Source of the DNA: Octopus vulgaris
Lineage: Eukaryota
Assembly (NCBI GenBank): GCA_951406725.2
Contig: OX597840.1
Coordinates: forward strand, 12,338,001-12,402,000
Direction: 5' to 3'
DNA length: 64,000 nucleotides
The notes under the pieces were generated by a model, which was not told the origin of the DNA, ran no database searches, and was given only the letters and a program-made list of their open reading frames with translations. Below, in pieces: positions 40,491 to 52,500 of the stretch. The first letter of the stretch is position 1; each line of letters opens with the position of its first letter. Position numbers and translations under genes: made by a program.

Positions 40491-42672
40491 TAGGGTGTGT
40501 CAATTTTAATAACTTTTTAAAAATCTAATTTGGTAGTGAAATTATTGTGCCTTTTTCTCCCAGACTTGAGATGTATATAACAAAATGGATTAAAATAACT
40601 CTTACCTACATCAATTTTATCCTAAATTTTCAATATGGTGTTGTTTTGAAACAATAACTGAAAACTAGTTGGAAAAACTGATTAGACTCAAAACATCACT
40701 CTTATATTATCTTTTAATTGGTTAAATGAATCTTATATCATCTTTTAATGGGTTAAATGAATTTTTACACTTTTTATATATTCACAAGATGTCAACACTG
40801 AAGATGAGAGGCCAGATGTCATCTCACTTGAGCCTGTTAATTGGTACAGGGACAGAGCTTTCTGTTTTAGAGCTTCCAACAGTTAGAGACATTTTAAGAC
40901 TTGGGTTACTTAGGGAACAAAATTCAAAGGACAGAAGGAACTATGCAGATAAGGATCTCATACATGATATAATAACCTATCTTCTGTGCCAGTGGACAAA
41001 AGCTAATGCAAAATTCAGACCACCAGTGATCATACATTGTTGAACAATTGAGCCAAAAACTAATGGGATTGTGGTGGGAAGCAGTATTTACATCACTTGG
41101 TAAAGGAAACTTGGCAATGAAAAATACTTTTCTACACTCACTTGGTACACTGTTCGATATTTTGAGCTGCAAGTGTTCCATAGTTTTGTGTTTAAAAGGG
41201 GATTGTTCTCCCACTGGTAAGAGATGAAATCATCCCCACATTGACTGTTGTTGCCCTTGTGAAAAGAATATACCTTTTCTAGAGCTAGATTTCATAAGCT
41301 CACCGAGGACAAAGGCAGGAGGCTAAAGCATTCCAGTGTTGCCAGAAGAAATTGTCAAAGATCTCAACACAGATCAGTCCTATGCTTATCACATTGCTCA
41401 AGCAAATGGGCTCAACTGATTATAAAGTGAGAGACAGATTTCTACTGGAAAAAAGAAAGGCCTTGTTTGAGAGAGGGAAGAAAAGAAGAGAATGAAGAGT
41501 GAAGTCATGCAAAGAGAAGAACAGCAGTGCCATGATGTTTACCAGTTGTTTGATGGTTCTTCTGAAGAAAATGAAGTAATGTCAGATGAAAATTCTAAGG
41601 AATCTTCTGAAGCTATACCAAAGAAAGCAAAATACAATACAAGAGGCAGTTCAAACATTGCATTAGCTAGTATTCGTCACCATACTGGACTCTGTGAGGC
41701 TGCTGAAATTGCAATTTCCGCTTGGATAAATGAATGCCTTATCAGTCAAAAGGATTCATCCTTGGTTATAGATCCTAATAAACTCAGAAAAGGTAACAAG
41801 TGAAGAATCTGATCAGCAAGAATAAGAATTAAAAGGAGGTTTCTCCTGTCTTTTGTTTGATGGAAGAATAGATGAAACCAAAGTTAGGTTTGAAGTAGAT
41901 GGAATTTCCTGAAAATTTCCAGGTCTGATCAAAGAAGAACGCTACACTATCTGCTCTGAGCCTGGTGGTCAGTTTTTGTCTTTAAATTTACTCCTGAAGT
42001 TGAAGTGGAAGGGAAAAACATGCAGAGGTAATTGCTGATAATATTTTCTGTTGGTTCCAAGAGAGAGGGCTTGAAAATTCATTGCAGGCTATTGGTGGGG
42101 ATTCAACAGCAGTGAATACTGGCTGGAAGGGAAGTATAATGAGTTATTTAGAGAAAAAACTTGAATGAAGACTTATTTGGATTGTATGTGATTTGCATAC
42201 AGGTGAGCTACCTCTTTGTCATCTCATCTAGGAAATTAATGGTCCTACAAAATGCAATAATAAATGGTCAGGTCCTCTTGGCAACATGTTGGATGAAGCA
42301 CACAACTAGAAATAAATGCCAACTTTCTAAAGATTGAAGTTGGCCCTCCCCATTCCAGTGTTGCCAGAAGAAATTGTCAAAGATCTCAACACAGATCAGT
42401 CCTATGCTTATCACATTGCTCAAGCAATAAAATCAGGTGAAGTACCTCAGTGATTGGCTCTCTTGGAGATTGGACCTGTTAGTCACAGCCGTTGGTTAAC
42501 TACAGATCTGCGCTTCTGCAGGATTTTGATTTTCAGACACCAACTGAAGAGAAAGGCTCTGAAGAATTTGAGATTAATTGTTGAATTTATAGTTGGAGTC
42601 TATCTTCCCAATTGGTTTACTATTAAGCTCAATCCAAAATGGGTCGATGGTCCCAATCCCCTTTTGCTATAA
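40491..42672 (+). mobile_element. Decayed, 3'-truncated hAT-superfamily (hATm-like) DNA transposon with transposase pseudogene
   Basis: TAGGGTG terminus at 40491; frameshifted motifs LFDGRIDET, EExYTICSEPGG, IGGDSTAVNTGWKG, WIVCDLHTGELP (CxxH), DLNTDQSY, GPVSHSRWLTT, VYLPNWF. Confidence 0.75.
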
Positions 42673-42788
42673 TTAAATCTATATAATTATATATCAGTAT
42701 TAATATTTACCTAAATATAGTTAACATGCTGGTCACTTGATAATTATTAAATTGGTTTTATCCTTCATTAATTAATTAATTAATCAAT

Positions 42789-42851
<63 letters not shown>

Positions 42852-43304
42852 TAAACATGATGCAAAATTCACTCACAAGTCATTGGTTGGCCTGGGTCAA
42901 CAGTAGAAGACGCTTGACTAAGGTACCACACTTTGGAACTGAACTCAAGACCACTTTATTGCAAAGAGAGTATCTTAATCACATGGCCATATCTGCTCTG
43001 TATAAAATACCTATTTCTCCTACAAGACTGTTAAATTTAAATCAAGAGAATTGTATAGAAAAAGCACCACAGGACTTCAAGAGTTAAATGTCTTTCTCTA
43101 AAATAGAATGTTTCCCACAGGGTGCTGTTTTAATGCCATATTTTCTTACGGCACATTACAATTACAAATTTACCCACTTTACAAAATTGTTCCCATGTGT
43201 CTGGTTCTTTGCCAAAGATAAGTTCCTTGTGCAAAGCATTAATCATGCTTCTGTATTGCAGCATCAGGAATGGTTGGCATAGGAATCAGGTGGGGGTTTC
43301 ACAT

Positions 43305-43707
43305 TTACTCTTTACTTGTTTCAGTCATTTGACTGCGGCCATGCTGGAGCACCTCCTTTAATCGAACAACTCGACCCCGGGACTTATTCTTTTGTAATCC
43401 CAGTACTTATTCTATCGGTCTCTTTTGCCGAACCGCTAAGTAACGGGGACATAAACACACCAGCATCGGTTGTCAAGCAATGCTAGGGGGACAAACACAG
43501 ACACACAAACACACACATGCACATATATATATATACATATATACGACGGGCTTCTTTCAGTTTCCGTCTACCAAATCCACTCACAAGGCTTTGGTCGGCC
43601 CGAGGCTATAGTAGAAGACACTTGCCCAAGGTGCCACGCAGTGGGACTGAACCCAGAACCATGTGGTTAGTAGACAAGCTACTTACCACACAGCCACTCC
43701 TGCGCCT
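43305..43707 (-). mobile_element. SINE family A
   Basis: Complete. Confidence 0.85.
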
Positions 43708-44257
43708 TGGTAAGTCTTTGACAAGAATAAACTTGGAACTTTGATGTTTATGATACTAAAACATGTCTATTCTTGTTGCATTTTTTTTATATTGGATTCA
43801 GTCATTGGAGTGTGGCCAAACTGGAGCAATGCCCTCAGGAGTTTTGATCAATCAAATTTTGCTTCAGTCTGGTTTTATCAATCATTATTTACCTTTCATT
43901 CTTTCAGGATTGATAAAAGATGATCCCAATGAGCTCTGGGGTTGATGTAAGTGACTTACCCCTCTCCTGAAAATTGCTGGCCTTGTGCTAAAACTTGAAG
44001 CCGTTATTTATTGGATGGATTTGTTACCTTTTGAGAGGAAGGGAGATAACTCAGTACACCATTTTACACAGGAATATACAGCCATACAAATAATGTTTTA
44101 ATGTATGTATTTTACATATAGTTATATATACATGCGTGTATATTTTTACAAACATTACTTATATACATGTACACAAATATAGTTTTACACATATATGAAT
44201 ATATATATGTATATTTTTTACATACGTACATTTATATATAGATATAATAGATATATG

Positions 44258-44412
<155 letters not shown>

Positions 44413-44483
44413 ATCTCTTGAGCACCACCAGGCAAAAATATTTTTTCCTCTGTCTTCCCTTCTTGGGATCTTTCCTTCTCCTT

Positions 44484-44517
44484 GTTTCCGACGAAGAGCC
44501 CCGCTCAAACGTTAAAC
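44484..44517 (+). ncRNA. Ultra-minimal hammerhead-like motif (degenerate) in a TA-flanked element at 44410-44655
   Basis: GTTT-CCGACGA-A-GAGC-CCC-GCTC-AAA-C-GTT-AAAC; the G of GAAA is missing. Confidence 0.55.
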
Positions 44518-45006
44518 CCTCCTTCCCTTCTTTCCTGAATCAATAATACTTTAATTGTTCCACGTCCTCGCGTTGCTGTGTTTTTTTTTATTTTTTTTTT
44601 TTTTTTCTCTTCTTTTTTCTCTTTTTTTCTGTGTTTTCTTGTTTGGATTAACTATATATATATACACATATATACATGTACATAAATACATATATACTCT
44701 CCCACCCTTCCCTATTCTTCTCCCCTCCTCATCACCATTCCTTCTCTCTCACTCTTCCTCATTGACTCTCTCGTTGCTGACACGAGATGAAAGTGAATCT
44801 ATCTTTCTGCCCATTTCCTTCCTAATGACAACACATGCTTATACTGTCTCCTCTCATAAACTCATCTTCCTAGTGTTCATAATAATTTTTCCATTGTCTT
44901 GGCTTAACAGCTCTCACTGTTCTGTTCTTGTTGCCACTTTCACCCTCTGCAAAAAATCCCAAATTTTATTTAATTTGCTTTGCGGGAAGGACTGTTTCAA
45001 TGAAGT

Positions 45007-45067
45007 CGCGTCTTGTCCTTGCCTTCAAAACGTGGAGTAGATGAAACAGGGACAACTGATGAAGGGG
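45007..45067 (+). ncRNA. Non-circularly permuted hammerhead-like motif (GAAA changed to AAAA)
   Basis: CGC-GTC-TTGTCC-TTG-CCTTC-AAAA-CGTG-...-GGACAA-CTGATGA-AGGGG. Confidence 0.65.
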
Positions 45068-45323
45068 AATATTCTTTATGTTGCATCTCTCGTTTTCCTG
45101 TTTGTTTTGTTTTTGTTGTTCGATAAACTGTTTGTTTTCTATGTTTTTGTTTTTATGTTTTCATTTCTCATTGTGTTCAACGTTTTTTTATGTCCTGTAC
45201 CCATATATGCTTGTATATATACATATATATGTGGGTATGTGCATATATGTATGTATATATGCATTTATTTATATATTATTTATATCATATATGTATGTAC
45301 ACACACACACACACACACATATG

Positions 45324-45955
45324 CAGTGTGCAGGAGAGACGTTTGCGTTGGTATGGTCATGTACTATGGATGAATGAGGAGAGATGTGTGAAGAAGTGCC
45401 ACTCCCAAACTGTTGAAGGAATCTGGGGTAGAGGTAGACCCAGGAAGACATGGGATGAGGTGGACAAGCATAACCTTCGTATGTTGAGCCTCACAGAGGC
45501 TATGAGGAAAAACCAAGATCTCTGGAGATATGCTGTGACTTCGAAGACCTGACAAATGAAGTGAGTTCATGGCTTACAGGATGGCCTGCTGTGCTTACCT
45601 TGGATTGTAGGGTAACCTGCTGCGCTTGAGGAGACGTATTGTGTCAAGTTCATCAACATCAAAATAAAAATCGTGTGGATATTGTAGTTGTGATACCCGT
45701 GCCAGTGGCACGTAGGGCCTCACAGAGGAAATGATGAAGACCGAGACCTCTGAGATATGCTGTGACTGTGAAGATCCGAGTAATGAAGTGAGTTCATGGC
45801 TCGCAGGATGGCCTGCAGTGCTAACCTTGGATCGAAGAGTGACCTGCTGTTCTTGAGGAAACCTATTGAATCAAGTACGTCAACACCAATATCAAAATAA
45901 AAATCAAATGGAAATTGTAGTTAAGATACCTGTGCCAGTGACACGTTAAAAGCAG
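45324..45955 (+). mobile_element. RTE-clade LINE 3' end with duplicated 3' segment
   Basis: VQERRLRWYGHVLWM...GRGRPRKTWDE...WR motif; 45489-45712 is repeated at 45717-45945. Confidence 0.85.
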
Positions 45956-46077
45956 TTCAGCAAAAACGATGGATAAAATAAGCTTAACAAAAATAAGTGT
46001 AGGGTAGTCTTCTTTATTTAGCCACACAGGGCTGAACAGAGAGGGGATAATGCAATTAAGCAGATAGATAGAAAGAT

Positions 46078-46145
<68 letters not shown>

Positions 46146-46226
46146 TCACAAAAAAAAAAAAGACGAAGACAGGTGGTTTAGACAACAAACAGATGTATTA
46201 GTTTAATGCTCGAGAAGTGAAAAAGT

Positions 46227-46262
46227 CTTTAAGGTTTTGAGCCTACGCTCTTCGACAGAAAG
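46227..46262 (-). ncRNA. Ultra-minimal hammerhead-like motif (degenerate) in an element inserted in (GATA)n
   Basis: Minus strand CTTT-CTGTCGA-A-GAGC-GTAG-GCTC-AAAA-C-CTT-AAAG. Confidence 0.45.
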
Positions 46263-46429
46263 GAACATAGAAAGAAACCAGGAGAGAAAATAAAGAAGAG
46301 AAAATAAAGAATGTGTAGTGGCTAGCGATCTATCATGGCAAAGGTAGATAGATAGATGGATGGATGGAGAGATAAATAGATGGATAGATAGACAGATAGA
46401 TAGATAGATAGACAGATAGACAGATAGAC

Positions 46430-46472
<43 letters not shown>

Positions 46473-46477
46473 CAGAC

Positions 46478-46549
<72 letters not shown>

Positions 46550-47519
46550 TGATTGGTTGATAGACAAACATAGAAAGATTTGGCTGTTATATCAAGCATA
46601 TTTCTACATACATACATACAAAATATATATATGTAGGAAGAAATATGCTCGATATAAATGCTAAATCTCTCTCTCTCTTTTCCATGTATATATATATATA
46701 TATACATACACACTTACACACACACATATGTGAGTGTGTGTGGGGGGTGAGAGAGAGAGAGGAAGGGAGAGGAATTTGGCAGCAACATGGAGCATCACAA
46801 GAAACCATATTGAAACTGTTCTCTCCTCTATATTATTCATGTCACTCTTAAGCCGGCTTCTGAGCAGGAGGACAGGAAAAATCTACATTCTAGTTTGCTC
46901 AGCCTTTAATGTACATCAATATTCCAAAGTATGCAAGTGTAATTATAAGATTTACAGACCTCTCTGCTGTTACATTACCATTCTACAGAATGGTATTAAA
47001 ATCTATATATCCACTAAGAAGATTTTCTCTTGTGCAATTACATATCTGGAATAAATTGTTTGCAGAAACGGCTTATTCTAATGCTATTCTCTGATGGTTC
47101 CCTCCATAGAAATCTAGTTCTTAATGCATTTGAAGGGAGGGGGTGAGGGTACAGGTGGATTTTAGCAAAAAGACCTTTGGAGAATAGCTTTTGTGTGAGA
47201 GCCATACTTGGAGTTCTTTTTGCTTCTTATTGTTCTGTATATACAGTTATTGGTTAAAAGTTGTATGGTGACTGTAGGCTCCTGGATAACTGAATCTGTG
47301 ATGCAATCATTCCTGGATATAAGCTTTGTTGTGAGATTAAAAAGAAAATAATAACGGTTTCAAATTTGGTACAAGGCCGACCTCAAGGTTTCTTGACGAT
47401 ACTTGTTGTCTCCCAAACTCAATGATTTTATTCAAACCACAAGGGTTAAACAAAGAGGGAACAATATACTGGACAAATAGGGTTGGGGACTTATTGAATG
47501 ATATTACATATATGAATAA

Positions 47520-48308
47520 TCATCATCATCATCATCATCATCATCGTTGTTTAACATCTGTTTTCCATGCTAGCATGGGTTGGACGATTTCACTGAGGAC
47601 TTGCAAGCCAGGCTCCAATCTGATCTGGCAGAGTTTCTACAGCTAGATGCCCTTCCTAACGCCAACCACTCTGAGAGTGTTGTGAGTGCTTTTACGTGCC
47701 ACTGGCACGAAGGCCAGTCAGGCGGTACTGGCAACAGCCAAGCTCAAATGGTGTTTCTTTATGTGCCATCTGCACAGGAGCCAGTCCAGCGACACTGGCA
47801 ATGATCTCACTCGAATGTTTCTTCACGTGCCACCGGCACAAGTGCCAGTAACGATCACGCTCGAATGGTGCTTTTTACGTGCCACCAGTATGGAAGCCAG
47901 TTAGCTGCTTTGGCAGTGATCACGCTCTGATGGTGCTCTTAGTGCTCCACTAGCATGGATGCCAGTCATCGAATTTGATTTTGATTTCACTTGCCTCAAC
48001 AGGTCTTCGCAAGCAGAGTATAGTGTCCAATGAAGGAAAGGTATGCATAAGTGGGCTGGTTACACCCCTGGCACAGGCCACGAGGTTATGGTCTCACTTG
48101 GCTTGCCGGGCCTTCTCAAGCACAACATTTTTCCAAAGGTCTCAGCCACTAGTCATTGCCTCGGTGAGGCCTAAAGTTCGAAGGTCATGCTTCACTACTT
48201 CATCCAGGTCTTCCTGGGTCTACTTCTTCTACAGGTTCCCTCAACCACTAGGTTGTGGCACTTTTACACACAGCTGTCCTCATCAATTCTCACCACATGA
48301 CCATTCCA
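47520..48308 (-). mobile_element. RTE-clade LINE 3' end (ORF tail, 3' UTR and (TGA)n)
   Basis: Minus-strand GHVVR...VEGT...RPRKTW-like coding at 48150-48305, continuous with the common tail. Confidence 0.8.
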
Positions 48309-48784
48309 GCGGCTGCTTTCAGTTTCTGTCTACCAAATCCACAAGGCTTTCATTGATCCGGGGTCATAGTAGAAGACACTTACCCAAGGTGCCACGCAGT
48401 GGGACTGAATCTGGAACCATGTAGTTCGTAAGCAAGCTACTTACCACACAGCCACTCCTATGCCTATATGATGATGATAATGAACTATGAAATAAAAAAA
48501 GAAAAATGATTGAAAAGAACCACTGATATAAATGTGTATAGTATTAGAAACAATACGATTGAAATAAGGTTATAAAAGGGTTATTCCTATGGCAGAAACC
48601 AGAAACCCTATCATTGCAGAGCAAGCTTCTAAACCACATGGCCATAGCTGCAATTCAAACTAGCAATTATCAAAACAAATTACAAACCAATTAGACAAAC
48701 TAATTAAGCCTGTTGGTTATTATATCCTGGACAAGTCTGTCTTGCAAAAATGTTCTTTATGAAGTTACAATTAATGTCATAAGG

Positions 48785-49505
48785 TAAAGGGTAAAGACGC
48801 CCTTTGGTCATGAACGTTCATGGGATTGCCCCTAGAAAGTTCGCCTACGAGGCACAAATCCAGGCAAGGTTGTTTGTGGATGGTCAGCAGTTGTTCATGC
48901 ATACCGGCCTCCCTTCTCCATTCCACCAATGTTATCCAAGGGAAAGGCAAAGGGGCCAATACAGCTTGGCACCTGTGATGTTGCAACTCATTTCTACGGC
49001 TGAGTGAACTGGAGCAACGTGAAATAAAGTGTCTTGCTCAAGAACACAACACAGCCCGGCCCAAGAATTGAACTCACTACCTCATGATTGTGAGTCTGAC
49101 AATCTAACCATTCTGATCCATACATCATATATGTAGATGAATATATATGTGTGTTTGTGTGCCTGTATAAAGGCCACCTTCAGTCATGGATGACCATGAG
49201 ATTGTACATAGAAAGTTACCTTCTGAGGCTCAAGTCAAGGCAAGGTTGTTTATGCAAGACCAGCAGTCACCCATGCATACCGGCCTCCCTTCTCCATGCC
49301 ACTGATGTTATCCAAGAGAAAGTCAAAAGGGGCCAATACAGCTTGGCACCTGTGACATCACAACTCATTTCTACAGCTGAGTGAACTGGAGCAACATGAA
49401 ATAAAGTGTCCTGCTAAAGAACACAACACACAGCTCGGTCTGGGAATCGAACTCGCTACCTCATGATTTTGAGTCAGACGCTCTAACCACTGAGCCATGC
49501 ACCAT
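48785..49505 (-). mobile_element. Two copies of SINE family B
   Basis: Reverse complement of 56890-57232. Confidence 0.8.
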
Positions 49506-49781
49506 GTGCCTTCACCAATGTCACAACTACAAACAAATTTCAGAAGCCAATTTTGATATTTTCGTTCCAGGTGCAAATAAAAGCTTCAGGCTTTTATTTC
49601 CATATTGGTTCAGGTAGGATTAGCACTCCAGCCTTGTAAAAGCCTCTCCAGCAATGACCACCCAAAACAGGGCCATAGGTTGCAGGGTTGTTGTCTGAGT
49701 GGCACAAAGCTGTCATCCACCACAGGTAGGGGGTCACCAACGATTGGGGGATACACTGATGTGCTGTTACAGTGCATGATC

Positions 49782-49783
<2 letters not shown>

Positions 49784-49836
<53 letters not shown>

Positions 49837-49882
49837 TGCTGCCACCACCACCACCACCACTGCTGCTGCTACTACAACAACA

Positions 49883-49921
<39 letters not shown>

Positions 49922-50198
49922 GCTGCTGCTGCTAATACTACTAGGGCCACTCCTGCAGCTTTCACTGCTACTACTACTACAACTACTACTGCTGCTGCTA
50001 CTATTACTACTACAACGGTTGCTGCTGCTGCTGTTGTTGTTTTTACTGCTACTACTATAACTACTACTATGGCTGCTGCTGCTGCTGCTGTTGTTGTTGT
50101 TGTTGTTGTTGTTGCTGCTGCTGCTACTACAACTACTACTACTGCTGCTGCTGCTGCTGCTTCTGCTGCTGTTGCTGCTACTACTACTACTACCATCA
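49784..50198. repeat. (CTA)n/(CTG)n compound microsatellite
   Basis: Direct inspection. Confidence 0.95.
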
Positions 50199-50738
50199 CC
50201 CCTGGTGGCCAGCTATCATTGGAGAGGCAATCTCAACTGGATTAATTTAAGTTGAGGTGGGTTTGGAACAAGTCTGAAAATTAAATCAAAGAATGAAGAA
50301 GTATTGCAGAGAATACTTGTTCAGTTCTTTTTTCTTTTTGCCGTGTTCTTCATTATCTTCAAAATTACTTTCAGCAAAAAAAAAAAAGAAATATGGGAAC
50401 AAAACTGTAAATAATGATTAAATTATTTTATTAATTTCTTCATTATTTAAAAAAATTAATTGCAATAAAAGCAGTGTATTTTAACAGAAATATGGCAACA
50501 AACGGGTTAAAGTGATCTAATTAAAAGCCTTCCTTAAAAATTTCATGTTAATTTTATGTTCCAAACACCAGCTTAATAATGAGAAAGTTATTTTACTAAA
50601 CAATTGTAGCATTGAAGGTGTTTATAAGCCATTTAAGAAACACACAAAAACTGTTAGATTCACTTCAACATTTAAATTTAATTTGCCTAAATATTTTCGT
50701 CGCTTTGAGACTGTGACCTGTTCACTGACAAAATTCCA

Positions 50739-50961
50739 TACTCTCTTTTACACTCTTTTACTTGTTTCAATCATTTGACTGCGGCCATGCTGGAGCACCA
50801 CCTTTAGTCAAGCAGATCGACCCCGGGACTTATTCTTTGTAAGCCCAGTACTTATTCTATCGGTCTCTTTTGCCAAACCGCTAAGTGACAGGGACATGTA
50901 AACACACCAGCATCGGTTGTCAAGCAATGCTAGGGGGACAAACACGGACACACAAACATAT

Positions 50962-51043
<82 letters not shown>

Positions 51044-51203
51044 CAGGCTTCTTTCAGTTTCCATCTACCAAATCCACTCACAAGGCATTGGTCGGCCCGG
51101 GGCTATAGCAAAAGACACTTGCCCAAGATGCCACGCAGTGGGACTGAACCCGGAACCAGGTGGCTGGTAAGCAAGCTACTTACCACACAGCCACCCCTGC
51201 ACC
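50739..51203 (-). mobile_element. SINE family A
   Basis: Complete; inserted in a foldback-family fragment. Confidence 0.85.
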
Positions 51204-51523
51204 TCCATGCTGCATTTTAAAAATCATCTCTGGCTAATGGTTGAGAGGACATTGGTGCTGTCTTGGCAAAGGTTTGCGCTCTCTGAGTGCTCTGGTTTTA
51301 ACTACTTTTAAAATGTTGAGTGTAACGACATTCTTGAAAGTATTGCAAATATTTTATCAATATTAAATTAGCGTTTAAACTGGCTATATCAGACCAAAAT
51401 ATTCTGTTAGTTCTACGTTCAAACTGACCAGATCCAGCCTTTCACACCCACCCTACATTGTCATTCTAATAAATAACCAATCATATTGCCAAGATCTTGA
51501 AGCCACAAGATGTGTACTTAATA

Positions 51524-51803
51524 CCATTAGATTCACTTCAAACTTTAAATTTAATTTGCCAAAATATTTTCATTGCTTTGAGACCGTGACCTGTTCACTG
51601 ACAAAATTCCGTGCTACAGTGAACAGGTCGCGGTCTCAAAGCGATGAAAATATTTAGGCAAATTAAATTTAAATGTTGAAGTGAATCTAGCGGTTTTTGC
51701 GTGTTTCTTAAATAGCTTATAAACACCTTCCATGCTGCAATCGTTTTCATTCCAGCACACGATCTCAGATCAGGTCACTTGCTATGCAAGTACATCTCCG
51801 TAA
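51524..51803. mobile_element. Foldback element with hammerhead-like topology but variant core
   Basis: Arms 51528-51600 and 51617-51689; further fragments at 36505-36646 and 50601-50737. Confidence 0.65.
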
Positions 51804-52085
51804 TATTTTACTAAATAATTCTTTATTTTCGAAACTAGACAGTAAAGCCTTTTAGAGAAATTCTTGATTTTTATGATTATCTCCGTTCCTCAACAGGAGT
51901 CTTCATTGCTATTTGGTAATCATGACACACTCTTTAGAGTCAGAGAACTTCAATAAATCAAGAATTTATGTTGTATGGTATTTGATATACCTGCATTTGT
52001 CTATGCCATTCAAATACATGCCACTGACAACCCTGAGTTCATATTTGTTTAAATTATATATATATATGAAAGGAAGCTGTTTTGT

Positions 52086-52116
<31 letters not shown>

Positions 52117-52175
52117 CGCATGTACCTGTGCATAGCATACAGATTGTTCACAAATTATCTTTACAACTTCGACTA

Positions 52176-52181
52176 TTTATT
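52176..52181 (-). promoter_or_regulatory. Candidate polyadenylation signal for MCMDC2
   Basis: AATAAA on the minus strand about 320 nt past the stop codon. Confidence 0.3.
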
Positions 52182-52500
52182 GTATCAAATTGTAAAGGTA
52201 ATTTATGGGCACTGTGTGTGTGTGTGTGTGTGTGGTACTATGTCAGGAGGCTATTAACTATATGAAACAGTGAGGTACTATGTAAGAATACAAAATGGTG
52301 AGGAATATAAGAAAAGTGTGTAAGTATAAAACAGCATGGTACTCTGTAACAAAAAAATACATATTTAATAAAACAAAAAAAACTATGTAACAGTGAGGTA
52401 CTATGTACCAAGTCTGAAAGTTATGTACTAAGCAAATGTCTTGGTATTCACTCAAAAAGGACCAATGAAAAAATAGCTAATATAAGTTTGTGATTAGTTT

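Noticed and set aside
40726-42672. Three separate small genes (105, 103 and 72 aa)
   Set aside because: They are collinear fragments of one frameshifted, stop-riddled hAT-like transposase.
47690-47960. CRISPR-like repeat-spacer pattern (TTTTACGTGCCAC repeats, also at 32.8 and 61.0 kb)
   Set aside because: The intervening segments are homologous to each other, the repeats lie in an RTE LINE 3' UTR, the DNA is eukaryotic and there are no cas genes.
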